The notes: generated from the letters alone by a model not told the origin. A stretch of 63,907 nucleotides of DNA, filler included, from Candidatus Woesearchaeota archaeon (GCA_047603125.1; 6 parts of 6 records of this genome joined end to end with filler, not necessarily neighbours in it), one strand, 5' to 3'. Shown: positions 1-10,292, counted from the whole stretch's first letter. Program-made: numbers and translations.

Positions 1-47
1 TCATATGCTCTTTGGCGAGATATTGTTTTAAAAATCTTTCGATGTTT

Positions 48-152
48 TAGTTAGCGGCAAAAGCAAACATAACTCCTTGGCATGAAATCAGAATTTTGAG
101 AAGTTACGCACCAGAGAGATTGCCAAGATGAACCACTTAATGTCACAGACTA
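48..152 (+). mobile_element. MITE family A, short variant
   Basis: Begins TAGTTAGCGGCAAAAG..CATAACTCCTTGGC and ends TTAATGTC..GACTA like the copies at 10293 and 46752; interior resembles 42121-42188. Confidence 0.6.
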
Positions 153-271
153 CTTTCGTAAACAAAACAAAACTACAAATTCTACAATATCAATAATAGC
201 GAGCAGAAAGCTCGAAAAGAAGGGAATTGAGCGGGTTATCTGATAAATAATTGATCGCATATTCATATAAA

Positions 272-489
272 CACCTTGGTGCTAAGTTTTATTTGTTTCT
301 GTTTTGCCTCTTTTTCCTGCCCACTTAGCACCAAAGTGACATGACCATTAAAAAAAGAACACTGCAAAAAAAGGGAGGGGTAAGAATTGCAGTGCCTTTA
401 TTAATGTATGATTTGTAACCTGAAACCAGATTACAAGGGGTTACCGGAACGTCGTTTGAGGGGTAGGGGTTTGTGAGAATGACGTTCCG
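272..489. ncRNA. Candidate structured noncoding element (four hairpins, AGGGGT x4)
   Basis: Inverted repeats 272-287/323-338, 360-367/387-394, 413-436 and 445-456/478-489; no credible ORF. Confidence 0.4.
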
Positions 490-500
490 ATGAATGTGAT

Positions 501-902
501 TTAGGAGGCGATTTTCTTTGACTCTTGTACCCACAATTGAGCCACTTTATTGATTGTTTTTGTGAATTTGTCTGAAAGGTTGTATGTTTTTTTGTATAAA
601 TCGTAATCAATCATACCCATACCTTTCATAGGAGTGAGGATTCGGTCGTAAAACTGTCGTTTATTATAGGACACTTTTTGTTGTTTTGTGCGCTTTGCAA
701 ATCCAATTTGCTCTTCACGCGAATACTCAAAACCGTCATGCAACCGATTTGCAAAATCGGACATTTGTGTCTTTGTCATTTTTCCGCCAAAGTTCTTTAA
801 CTCGGCAATAAGGAGCTTCGCCACTTCTACTTGCTGTTCAGTTGCAAATATGATCTCAAAGACATCGTCTGAGAGATTGTATTGATCGAACAGTATTACC
901 AT
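501..902 (-). CDS. Hypothetical protein, possible winged-helix fold
   Basis: 133 aa; C-terminal 'FYDRILTPMKGMGMIDYDLYKKTY' looks like a recognition helix plus wing; TATA-like box upstream. Confidence 0.7.
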   Translation of the reverse strand: MVILFDQYNLSDDVFEIIFATEQQVEVAKLLIAELKNFGGKMTKTQMSDFANRLHDGFEYSREEQIGFAKRTKQQKVSYNKRQFYDRILTPMKGMGMIDYDLYKKTYNLSDKFTKTINKVAQLWVQESKKIAS

Positions 903-925
903 ATTGAATCCCTTATTTAACTCCT

Positions 926-1014
926 AGTGTACTGAATATACTAACCAGTATATAAATATTTCGATATTATAGAATAGTATAGGGATTTGTATACTGATAT
1001 CTTTTTTAAGTACT
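926..1014. promoter_or_regulatory. Promoter with palindromic AGTATA/TATACT operator-like sites
   Basis: TATACT-N4-AGTATA 937-952, AGTATA-N8-TATACT 976-995, minus-strand TTTATATA box 949-956. Confidence 0.45.
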
Positions 1015-2847
1015 CTATTGTGAAAAGAAGTTTTGCAGCGCACTCACATAGTCCGTTGTCACCAGTTGCTGAGAATCTGAGCGAATACATTTTTTATATT
1101 GTGGCCAGGAATACCGTTCATCCAAGTAAATAATAACTCCTTTGTCCGTTGGTGTTCGAATACACCGACCCGCATTTTGTAAAATACGATTAAATGCCGG
1201 ATACACATAGCCATACTCCCAACCCTTCTCAAAAACTCCCTGATAATACTCTATAAGTGCCTTTGTTTCTAAATCGGGCTTTGAAAGTGGCAGACCAACA
1301 ACAATGACTGCTCGAAGCGCATCTCCTGGAAGGTCAATTCCCTCACCAAAACTTCCATTTGTTACTGCAAGAAGCACTGCGCGTTTTTGATTTTTAAAAG
1401 AATGAAGTATGCGCTCACGATCATTTTTTGTCAACAGCGGAGACTCCTTAAATAAAGAAACCGAAATTAAACCATCCAAATACCGTGCAACAGAGAAGAG
1501 CACATCATAGCTTGGAAAAAAAATAATACAATTTCCCGGAATTTGCTCCAACATTGTTGCACAATGTGCTGCAATATTTTGAAATTGCTCAGGAGAGCGT
1601 TTTTTATACTGTGTTGATGTTGTTGGCACGATTAAGTGAAGCGCATGTTCTTTTGGAAAAGGATTCTCAAAGGAAAGTGTTTTTGTCGAACGGTCAAACC
1701 CTAAAACATCCTGATAAAAGGAGAGTGGTTCCAATGTTCCACTCATTACCAGAACACTGTGCGCTTGCGAGAACACGTCTTTTGTCACAAGGCGCGCATC
1801 TAAACATCGATATGAAATCGTTACTTGGTTTTTTTGTTTTGAGAGTACACGAATAAAGCCTGAATCTTCTCCCTGCCAGGCAATTAAAAAAAGATATATG
1901 GATTGTATAAATGATCGTTGACGTTGCGTGAGCACTTCTTGCTGTGCTGAGTCCAGTATTGTTAATACTTCGTCGTAAGGGAGCACACTCTCTACTAACT
2001 TCATTAAAAAGTCTCGGGAAATGACTTTTTGATCAACATCAGTTTGTAACCAAGACTCAAACAACGCACGCAGCGGTTCTAATACCTGAAGAACTTGCGG
2101 AACCTGAAATTGTTCTGCCTCTTGTTGTGCGTATCGAATTGTTGAAAGTGTCAGAGAATGCGAGGCAAGTTCTTTGAGCCGATCAATAACATTATGTCCC
2201 TCATCCACAATAATGATTGCATCTTCTAAATCGAGTTGGCATTTACGCAAAAATCGTTCGCGAATTTGCGGATGAAAGATATAATAATAATCGCCAATAA
2301 TTACTTTTGCAAACTTTGCATGCTCGAGTGCAAGCTCATACGGACAAGCATGATGATCTTGACCAATTTCCTTTACTTGCTGTGAATCCAACAATGAATT
2401 TGCATGTAAATCAACAATGCGCTGTCCTTCAACGGTTAACTCCCCATCTTTTTTTCGAATCGTCGTATAAAAGGAGCATTGTCCTTGCTCACGAAGTTTT
2501 TTACAATAACTCACAAATTCTGTTGAGCTCAATGACTGTATATTAGATTGCAAACACAGAGATTTTTTGGCAATGATTGCACTCACACCAAACTGCAGCG
2601 AGAATTTTTTTTGTATAAGCTCAATTGTTTGCATGGCTTGCTTGTGATGCGTATATCGCGATGTTAAAAAAAAGACTTTTTTGTTTTTTTCTAAAGCATA
2701 GGTGAGAGCTGGTGCGAGTGCTCCCGCAGTCTTTCCAGAACCCGTTGGTGCATGAATGAGTACATGTTCACCGTTTTGACAAGCTTTGAGCACACTATCG
2801 ATGAATACTTGTTGCGATTTTCTTACAGAATCAAAGGGAAAGTACAT
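1015..2847 (-). CDS. xpd: XPD/Rad3-family Fe-S DNA helicase
   Basis: APTGSGKT Walker A, Fe-S cysteines (LC..C..C..CPY), DEGH, MSGTL, EGID, QNAGRCIR. Confidence 0.9.
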   Translation of the reverse strand: MYFPFDSVRKSQQVFIDSVLKACQNGEHVLIHAPTGSGKTAGALAPALTYALEKNKKVFFLTSRYTHHKQAMQTIELIQKKFSLQFGVSAIIAKKSLCLQSNIQSLSSTEFVSYCKKLREQGQCSFYTTIRKKDGELTVEGQRIVDLHANSLLDSQQVKEIGQDHHACPYELALEHAKFAKVIIGDYYYIFHPQIRERFLRKCQLDLEDAIIIVDEGHNVIDRLKELASHSLTLSTIRYAQQEAEQFQVPQVLQVLEPLRALFESWLQTDVDQKVISRDFLMKLVESVLPYDEVLTILDSAQQEVLTQRQRSFIQSIYLFLIAWQGEDSGFIRVLSKQKNQVTISYRCLDARLVTKDVFSQAHSVLVMSGTLEPLSFYQDVLGFDRSTKTLSFENPFPKEHALHLIVPTTSTQYKKRSPEQFQNIAAHCATMLEQIPGNCIIFFPSYDVLFSVARYLDGLISVSLFKESPLLTKNDRERILHSFKNQKRAVLLAVTNGSFGEGIDLPGDALRAVIVVGLPLSKPDLETKALIEYYQGVFEKGWEYGYVYPAFNRILQNAGRCIRTPTDKGVIIYLDERYSWPQYKKCIRSDSQQLVTTDYVSALQNFFSQ

Positions 2848-3071
2848 TAGTGGTCTTGTGAGTCTTGATGCTCTTTATTAAGTTTTTCTAATTCCGTTTC
2901 AAGCTGATCAATTTGAGAATCTAGTACTTGTTTGAGTTGTTTTGCGTGCTCTTCGACATTTGCTAAATAGGTTGTATCTGCAAAACACTCCTTTGCGTGC
3001 TCCTCGCAATATGCTGTCGTCGTCCCTTTAATAAAATAGACTGCTGGTTTTGCACAGATCACACATTTCAT
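2847..3071 (-). CDS. Small zinc-finger/coiled-coil hypothetical protein
   Basis: CxxC...CxxH motif; stop overlaps the xpd start. Confidence 0.7.
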   Translation of the reverse strand: MKCVICAKPAVYFIKGTTTAYCEEHAKECFADTTYLANVEEHAKQLKQVLDSQIDQLETELEKLNKEHQDSQDH

Positions 3072-3200
3072 AGCACTGTGGATACAAGAGCTTTTTTAAA
3101 AGTATCGCTTAAAACGCAGGAAATCTAAAATTTCACTAACCCTATAGATTGTAAAGAAATCCCATATTTTCAAAACAAAAAACGGTAATAAAGTTACTAA

Positions 3201-5297
3201 TCACCGTGGCAAAAATGTCAATACTTCTTCTTGCTCTGTCACAATATTTCTTATTTTTGCCTCTATTAGAAATACATCTGAAGATATTTCCCCTTTAAAA
3301 AATAACGGGTTAGAAGTTTCTAATTGCACATATTTTTGAGAAGACAAATAAGCTCTCCATTCAATATCATAATTTTCTAAATTATTGCAGTGATTAATGG
3401 TTACAAGATATTTTGGATAAAAACCTTCCCTCATTAAACGTTCTAATGGAACTCCTCTCACCATAGAACGTAAATATTCAAAAAATCCCTGATTTTCAGT
3501 TTTCGGAATCATCTCAGCTTTTTTCTGTAGAAGTCTTTGGTGATTTATTCTTTGTTCTAAAGACATTTGATGAAAATAATCTATAGAACCTGTTTTAGAA
3601 AAAAAATCATTGGAAACTGAAGAATAAGGCGTCTTGTGAAAACCATTAGGCTTAACCGAATAGCTCCATTTTGCTAATTCAATATGAACAAATTCTTCAA
3701 GTCGAGTAAAGTGCTCTTTTTTCACTGAAAATGAACTCAAAGAACTCAAATCATATGGTCTATATAATTGCATATAAGCAATATAAAAACTCATATCAAA
3801 GCTTGCCAAATCAAACGATACAGAACCTGCTGGCGAATTCATATGAATATTTGGTTTTTTATAGGAATAATCTCTTCCTACTTTTGACAAAAACATTTTA
3901 GAAAATTCAATGAAATTTGTTTGTTTCTGTTCCTGCCCATAAAAATTATGCGTAATCTGAAAAGTCATTAGGTTTGTATTTGGCTTGATTAAAATAGTAG
4001 GTCCGGAATAATAAGAAAATACATGTCTGTCTTGTTGAGACTTTTCAACAGAATTTTGAGAAAATAATTCTTTTGCCTGTGTCACTGCAGGAAGCCCATC
4101 ATATCTAGTAATAAATTCAATTTTACTGCCTGCCAACTGATCAGGTAATTCCATTGACGCATTCATACGTAGCGGTTTTACCATGTGAGCAAAAAGAGGA
4201 GCGAATTCACTGGTAATTTCTTGCGACCTTTTATCTACATGATACTCGTGAACACGCCACAAAGAAAAGCCAAAACCTAAATATAAAGCAGCTGCTGTTG
4301 ATAAACCTAATAATGTCCCATATTTTAAACGCCTTTTAAAAGTTTTTGAGCGAATATTTTGTTGCTCAAGTAATATTGCTTGCTCTAATGAATCAAAACT
4401 TTCAAATCTATTGTGAGGATGTCTTGAAAGACAGGTATCTAGTACCCGTGCTACCGACTTTGGCATATCAGTAAAATCAAGCTCTTCTCTTGGAGATTTC
4501 CAAAATGTTAACGTATTTGTTGCATAATGACGCATTGCAGGTGTTTTTTTACTTTTCAAATCTACAAATGTTCTTCCACCTGTCCATACTGAATACATTG
4601 TTAAAGCGAGGCTAAACATATCACTTTGGGACAAATTCGAACCAGAATCTCCATTAAAAATTTCAGGTGAGCGAAAAAATTCACTGCCGAGATACTTTTC
4701 TGAAGAAGAAAAACTCTTAGAAATATTCATATCCAAAACTGAAACTCGAGGATTAGAAAAAGAAGAGCCATAATCCACTTTTAAATTTCCAGGTTTAATA
4801 TCATTATGAAAAACTTTTTCTTTTGCAAAAGTTGAGAATATTTGTGCATACTGACGAAAAATTTCAAGAAGAAAGTCTTTCTTTTTTTCTGGGTTTAATC
4901 TTCTGAATTCTAAATCAGTAAAAAGTTTTTCAAGTGTTACACCCGGAGCAAAATCTTCAACTATTAAATCAATAGAGTCACCATTCTCTGTTGTTAAATG
5001 ATAAACTTCGCTTAAAGGAACACTCGGGTGACGTAATTTTTTTTGCAACAACATTGCAGATCTGTTTAGAACCTCTGAACTTTTTCCTTGAATACTTTCA
5101 TAAGACGGAAGCTGTTGCAAATACTTTCGAGAACGGGGAATTTTAATGACAACTTTTCTATCTTCACTTTCTATTCCCGGAACAATTTCAAAACCTGCAT
5201 AAACCTTATTAAAAGCGCCCTTTGCAATTGGTTCAGTTTTTTCAAAGCGAATATTTTTTTTCTCTAAAAAAGCAACAATCTCCTGCAACCCTTTCAT
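3201..5297 (-). CDS. Hanks-type Ser/Thr kinase with TM helix and large C-terminal domain
   Basis: KGAFNKVY, VVIK, HNDIKPGN, DMN at the DFG position, SPE, SDMFSL, R in subdomain XI; hydrophobic helix near aa 327-347. Confidence 0.85.
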   Translation of the reverse strand: MKGLQEIVAFLEKKNIRFEKTEPIAKGAFNKVYAGFEIVPGIESEDRKVVIKIPRSRKYLQQLPSYESIQGKSSEVLNRSAMLLQKKLRHPSVPLSEVYHLTTENGDSIDLIVEDFAPGVTLEKLFTDLEFRRLNPEKKKDFLLEIFRQYAQIFSTFAKEKVFHNDIKPGNLKVDYGSSFSNPRVSVLDMNISKSFSSSEKYLGSEFFRSPEIFNGDSGSNLSQSDMFSLALTMYSVWTGGRTFVDLKSKKTPAMRHYATNTLTFWKSPREELDFTDMPKSVARVLDTCLSRHPHNRFESFDSLEQAILLEQQNIRSKTFKRRLKYGTLLGLSTAAALYLGFGFSLWRVHEYHVDKRSQEITSEFAPLFAHMVKPLRMNASMELPDQLAGSKIEFITRYDGLPAVTQAKELFSQNSVEKSQQDRHVFSYYSGPTILIKPNTNLMTFQITHNFYGQEQKQTNFIEFSKMFLSKVGRDYSYKKPNIHMNSPAGSVSFDLASFDMSFYIAYMQLYRPYDLSSLSSFSVKKEHFTRLEEFVHIELAKWSYSVKPNGFHKTPYSSVSNDFFSKTGSIDYFHQMSLEQRINHQRLLQKKAEMIPKTENQGFFEYLRSMVRGVPLERLMREGFYPKYLVTINHCNNLENYDIEWRAYLSSQKYVQLETSNPLFFKGEISSDVFLIEAKIRNIVTEQEEVLTFLPR

Positions 5298-5337
5298 TTT
5301 TACTTAATAGTGAAGAAACTTTATAACCTTTTTCATT

Positions 5338-6255
5338 TTACAATTTTACTTGATTATCTTCAATAAAGGAAAGCTGTTTAAATAGACTAATTTCATTAAA
5401 AGAATCAAGAAATTGTCTCAATTGGGAAGCAATTATCCAATCTGAATGCGTCAATTTTGTACATTTCAATTCTTCCAATAATTTATACCTTTGTTTAATC
5501 ATATTATCACTAATTTTTACACTAGGTTTAATTACTTCAAAGAACCAAGAGAATATTTTTTCCATTAGTTCTTTAGTTTCCTTTGATAAATTAAACACTT
5601 TCATATCTTGATTTAAATGACGACAAGTATCACACAATGAATCGAGACGGATCATATATGCTGAGCATATTCTTTGTACAGAAACAGATTTTGAGTAATT
5701 TATTAATCTCAAATAATAAAATATAAATTTTACCGCAGTATCATGGCTATTTTGCTCCGAATTTTCATCCATAGGTCCTTCTAATAAGCTCTTGCAGTAT
5801 TCTTTTAATATATAATAAATTCTTAGTTCAATCACTTGTGGTTCATCTGCTAAAGGACGGAGAAATACTTCAAGTTGAGAGTATTTGCTCTTTAAATCTG
5901 TTAATTCCATCCCAATATGACGATTAACGAGTTTATGCAAAATGTCAATAATTGGAAAAGACTCATTTTTGCTTTTATATTCTATGTGACTTTTACTATG
6001 TCTAAGAATAATTTTTTCGAAATTATCATTATATAAAATTATAAGTGTTTTAGAAAGCTGTAAATAGTCAAAATTATCTATACAAATCTCAATAGATTTC
6101 TGAGTCTTTTTCTTATGTACACTGTATGAAATCACATGATTATCAGAATCCACACTTAAAATATCTCCTTTTTGTAAGGAATTCTCTTTAACCCAAGTCG
6201 AGGGTAAGCTTACAGTATATGTACCCGTACCCACAAGATTTATTTTACGTAACAT
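5338..6255 (-). CDS. AbrB/PhoU-family transcriptional regulator
   Basis: N-terminal RKINLVGTGTYTVSLPSTWVKENSLQKGD AbrB motif followed by PhoU-like helices. Confidence 0.8.
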   Translation of the reverse strand: MLRKINLVGTGTYTVSLPSTWVKENSLQKGDILSVDSDNHVISYSVHKKKTQKSIEICIDNFDYLQLSKTLIILYNDNFEKIILRHSKSHIEYKSKNESFPIIDILHKLVNRHIGMELTDLKSKYSQLEVFLRPLADEPQVIELRIYYILKEYCKSLLEGPMDENSEQNSHDTAVKFIFYYLRLINYSKSVSVQRICSAYMIRLDSLCDTCRHLNQDMKVFNLSKETKELMEKIFSWFFEVIKPSVKISDNMIKQRYKLLEELKCTKLTHSDWIIASQLRQFLDSFNEISLFKQLSFIEDNQVKL

Positions 6256-6377
6256 CTGCTATTAATAAAACTCCAAAATTTATAAATATTTTGTAAATAT
6301 TTATTTATAATTACATAAATATATATAATAATTATAATTGAGCTAAATCTATATAATTTACTTGTATTTCTTTTAGT

Positions 6378-7997
6378 ATGAAAACTATAACTAGTCAAAA
6401 TCAACTCGATGAAAATATTCGAGAACTTTTTGAAGAAAATACACAAAAAAGATATGAACTTCTGAGAACTATCTTAAAGGGAAGAGATGAAAAAAATCGT
6501 CGGAGACCTTGTTTAAATGAAATTAGCGGACTAGACGATATTATCCCCGAGGGCTGTTCAGGCGTAAAACGGGCAAACGATTTAATTACGCGTTTTCAAA
6601 ATATCCAAAAAGAACAAGATCTTTCTTTTGGAAAATATAATTTTGCGCACGAGCTTATTGGTAGAAATCCCTTTAATACCGAAATGCCTTTTATTCAAGG
6701 AGTTCTTTACAACGGGAACTTTGTTACAAGACAAGTTTCACCATATGCAACCGCAGTATATGAAATGCTAAATAGTATGTATAAGCAATTCTTCGATCTT
6801 AACCCAACACACCAAGTATTAATGACCTTAGGAGGCACAGAAGCAAATTTATTAGCACTTAAACTTGCAAGGAATCAATACTATCTTAGAGGGATAAGCG
6901 ATGAAAATGAAAAAAAACAAATTCTTACTAGCGATTTTTCACACTTAAAAAAACCTAAACCAATCAGCCTTGTCACCGAATCCATGCATTACAGTATATC
7001 CAATATCATTCATACTCTTGGACAACAAAAACCAACGCTCATACCAGTAAATAAAGACTATAAAATGGATATAAATAAGTTTAAAGAGGTTCTTCAAACG
7101 CAGGATTTGGATTCAATTGCTAGTATTACATCAATTTTTGGTTCAACAGAATCAGGGAGTACCGATGATATCTGCAGAATTGTAGAATTGGCAAAAAAAT
7201 ATGTTCCAAAAGCTTGGCTCCATTTAGACGCAGCATATGGCGCACCATTTTTACGATTGAAAAAATTTGAAAAGGAATTATCTGTATTAAATGAGTTTGA
7301 TTCCATTACTTTTGATCCACACAAACATCTATTTGTCCCATATAATTGCGGTTCACTCATTCTTAAGGATCCTAAATTGTTACGTACAATTTCAACAGAT
7401 GCTCCCTATATAGGAAACGATGGAGTCAGTGAACTAAGTGACGATGTTTTTTTAAGAGAGCTCCCTTATCATCTTGGTTCAGTTACAATGAATGGCTCAA
7501 CAACAACTGCAGGCGTAATCTCAGCGTATACAAGCTTTAAAACACTTGGTTTGCGTGGTATTGAGAGAATTTGCGAAAAGGGAATAGAAAATGCAAATTA
7601 TCTGAGTCAAATATTAAATGAAAGACAAACTGAATACGGAACTATCGAAGTAATAAATCCTATTCCTGATTTAAATCTTCTTAACTTCAGGTTTGTACCA
7701 AAAGAACTTGTATTACAAGGCAGAGGAAAAAAGCAATCTTTTTTTAATAAAACAGTTTGTGAGGATGATCAAAAATATATCAATAATATAAATTCAAATA
7801 TAACAAAGGAATTTGATTCACCAAGGACTCAATTTCATATTTCTTCAACGACGCTTAAAAAATTTGACATGTATGTCAACAGAGTTGTATTAATGGATCC
7901 TTGTATTACAACTGACCTTCTTGATCATTTCACACGAGATTATCAAATGGCTATAAAAAGAGTTATGTGTGGGCAACACAATAACTATGAGAAGTAG
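6378..7997 (+). CDS. Group II PLP-dependent amino-acid decarboxylase
   Basis: GGTEAN, HYSI, HLDAAYG, DSITFDPHK (PLP lysine). Confidence 0.9.
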   Translation: MKTITSQNQLDENIRELFEENTQKRYELLRTILKGRDEKNRRRPCLNEISGLDDIIPEGCSGVKRANDLITRFQNIQKEQDLSFGKYNFAHELIGRNPFNTEMPFIQGVLYNGNFVTRQVSPYATAVYEMLNSMYKQFFDLNPTHQVLMTLGGTEANLLALKLARNQYYLRGISDENEKKQILTSDFSHLKKPKPISLVTESMHYSISNIIHTLGQQKPTLIPVNKDYKMDINKFKEVLQTQDLDSIASITSIFGSTESGSTDDICRIVELAKKYVPKAWLHLDAAYGAPFLRLKKFEKELSVLNEFDSITFDPHKHLFVPYNCGSLILKDPKLLRTISTDAPYIGNDGVSELSDDVFLRELPYHLGSVTMNGSTTTAGVISAYTSFKTLGLRGIERICEKGIENANYLSQILNERQTEYGTIEVINPIPDLNLLNFRFVPKELVLQGRGKKQSFFNKTVCEDDQKYINNINSNITKEFDSPRTQFHISSTTLKKFDMYVNRVVLMDPCITTDLLDHFTRDYQMAIKRVMCGQHNNYEK

Positions 7998-8113
7998 AAC
8001 TATAATGTAAAAACTAAACCCTCAAAACACAATCCATATAAAGCGTTACGCTGTTCTTTATGTAGCACACTGCGTGTTCACAAAAGTCAACACAACAAGA
8101 ATGCAAAACAGGC

Positions 8114-8497
8114 ATGGATAAAATAGACCAGATTCTTCAAGAGGCGCGAAATAGTCTCTCACCGTTTTGCATTCATACCTGTAAGGCTAAATGTTGTCAC
8201 AAAGGCAAACTTCTCATAGAAAAGCCCGAACTCATTGCCCTCGTTCGCTGCTTACCTAACGCACTGCAACGACTGGATGGTGCAATGGATTTAACTATTG
8301 AGGGCGGATGCCCGTTTCTTAAAGAGAATAAGTGTACCATCTACAACAAACGTCCGCAAATGTGTCAAGATTATCCAATTTTTCGACGAGGAAATGTCAT
8401 TATTTTTGCCAGCAGCTGCACAGGGGAAAAAGAACGATTGCTTGAAGAATACAAAGAACAATTAGCACATTTAGGCTGTAAAATATTGGTTCAATAA
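8114..8497 (+). CDS. YkgJ-family CxxCxxCC cysteine-cluster protein
   Basis: CIHTCKAKCC, CPFL...CTIY..RPQMCQDYP. Confidence 0.85.
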   Translation: MDKIDQILQEARNSLSPFCIHTCKAKCCHKGKLLIEKPELIALVRCLPNALQRLDGAMDLTIEGGCPFLKENKCTIYNKRPQMCQDYPIFRRGNVIIFASSCTGEKERLLEEYKEQLAHLGCKILVQ

Positions 8498-8535
8498 TCG
8501 TTACCTTTATAAAATGACGACATTTTCCTTTTCAA

Positions 8536-9402
8536 ATGTCAACACTTATCGTTGCAGCAAGAAACGAGCAAGAAACTATCGAGCGCATGCTCGAATCCGT
8601 TTGTGCACAGACACAGCCACCCGAAGCGATTCTTCTTGGCGTAAATGCTACTACCGATAATACTGCAAATCTTGCAAGACAATTCGCAAATGTTCGTACC
8701 TTTGAATATGAAGCAGCCGGAAAAGCGCGCACACTTAATGAACTTCTAAAACACTGCGAGACTGAAAACGTTCTTTTAGCAGATGCAGATGTCATTTTAC
8801 AACCCAAAGCAGTTGAAACAGTGGAGGAAGCATTTGAAAAAGGAGCTCTTGCAGTTCAAACTGCCCATAAATACGTACACACACGAACAAACAAATCACG
8901 TGTTGTTCCATCAAAATTTCAAGGTGGTTTTTGTGCAGTTCATCTACCAACTGCCTTTAATATTGCACATTCATTGCAAATACCACTCTTTCCCGAACAT
9001 ATCATTAACGAAGATGCATATTTGCGCACACTTCTTTTTCATGCGCAGGTTCCCATTCACTCCATTTCTCGACCTCTTTATACTCACTACGCACCATGCA
9101 CGATCAAAGATACTATTTTGCGTCAAGCTCGCATCGAAGTAGGGAAACGACAATTAGTCAGCAAATATCCACAACTCTTTGAAGATGAACCCCGAGCAAG
9201 CAAAATTTCTTTATACGCAAAACTCTATGCCTTAAATAAAAGAACAAATCCCTCACGAACATTTTTTACTTGTGCACGATATTTATATGGTGTTTCTCTC
9301 TCCCTTGTTGCCAAAGCAATCTATACGCACTGCACAATAACGGGTGAGTGGACATCACCTACAAGAAAAAGGAATCTTTTTAAAGGATGTCTTGAGAATT
9401 AA
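8536..9402 (+). CDS. Glycosyltransferase family 2
   Basis: IVAARNEQ, TDNT, GKARTLN, DAD and ED motifs. Confidence 0.85.
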   Translation: MSTLIVAARNEQETIERMLESVCAQTQPPEAILLGVNATTDNTANLARQFANVRTFEYEAAGKARTLNELLKHCETENVLLADADVILQPKAVETVEEAFEKGALAVQTAHKYVHTRTNKSRVVPSKFQGGFCAVHLPTAFNIAHSLQIPLFPEHIINEDAYLRTLLFHAQVPIHSISRPLYTHYAPCTIKDTILRQARIEVGKRQLVSKYPQLFEDEPRASKISLYAKLYALNKRTNPSRTFFTCARYLYGVSLSLVAKAIYTHCTITGEWTSPTRKRNLFKGCLEN

Positions 9403-9405
9403 ATT

Positions 9406-10125
9406 GTGATAAAAAAAGAAAAACAAATACCATTTCTTGTAGCACTCTCATTTTTAATTTCTCTGATTGGAATTCGCCTTGCAGTATTGCTTGCAGGATC
9501 TGCACAATCTGAATTTGCTCAAGCAGCAAAAGCAGGAACATTGCCAGGAACTAACTTTTATATTGGCAGTAATATTATCTTATTTGGTTATCACATTCAC
9601 CATTTTTATTTCGGGATTATATTCATTAGTATTGCCGCATGGCTTGCAATTGTTGGAAGTAACACATTTTCAAAAAAACATGTTGCAATACTATATGGTG
9701 TTGGTCTAGGACTCTTTTTAGATGAGATAGGACTTCTTCTAACTTGGGGTGATTATTATAGTAACTTGACCTATATTATTACTTTGTTTGTCCTGGCTTT
9801 GTTTATGAACAGTCTCTTCTTACAAGATTATTGGCAGACATTTAAAGAACAGATGAAAACATCCAAAAGCCCTCTGCAACGATTATTACGAAAAGAAGGG
9901 CAAATATTTTCATCAGTCGATTATATTATCACCTCAATTTTTAAAAAGGAACAAGTGAGTCAACTTTTCTCAGCACTCATTTATATTACCATTGCCATAC
10001 TCATTGTGATTTTACCGCAAACGCTGCGATATTGGATTGTCGGAGTATTTATTATACAAGGATTTCACTACATTATACGATCAAGCTTACTTACTGTGAG
10101 GAATAGAAATGAAGCCAATATATGA
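9406..10125 (+). CDS. Multi-pass membrane protein (HIHH motif)
   Basis: Several TM helices; GYHIHHFYFG and GLGLFLDEIG motifs. Confidence 0.75.
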   Translation: MIKKEKQIPFLVALSFLISLIGIRLAVLLAGSAQSEFAQAAKAGTLPGTNFYIGSNIILFGYHIHHFYFGIIFISIAAWLAIVGSNTFSKKHVAILYGVGLGLFLDEIGLLLTWGDYYSNLTYIITLFVLALFMNSLFLQDYWQTFKEQMKTSKSPLQRLLRKEGQIFSSVDYIITSIFKKEQVSQLFSALIYITIAILIVILPQTLRYWIVGVFIIQGFHYIIRSSLLTVRNRNEANI

Positions 10126-10276
10126 AAAAATTAGTTTATTTACAATAGGACTGCTCTATATTTGTGCAGGCGTAGTTATTTTACTGTGGCCAAATCTGCT
10201 CTATTATGGTGTTGCAGCAGCCTTTTTCATTCACGGGATTCTGGCATTAGCACGGATTTTCTTGCAAAATAAGTAG
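10109..10276 (+). CDS. Small 2-TM protein (DUF3096-like), not in ORF track
   Basis: Hand translation, 55 aa: MKPIYEKISLFTIGLLYICAGVVILLWPNLLYYGVAAAFFIHGILALARIFLQNK. Confidence 0.65.
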   Translation: MKPIYEKISLFTIGLLYICAGVVILLWPNLLYYGVAAAFFIHGILALARIFLQNK

Positions 10277-10292
10277 GGTTATTACCTGAAAG

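Noticed and set aside
7998..8128. In-frame extension past the decarboxylase TAG containing CxxC
   Set aside because: A short open frame can arise by chance, and no pyrrolysine machinery is seen.
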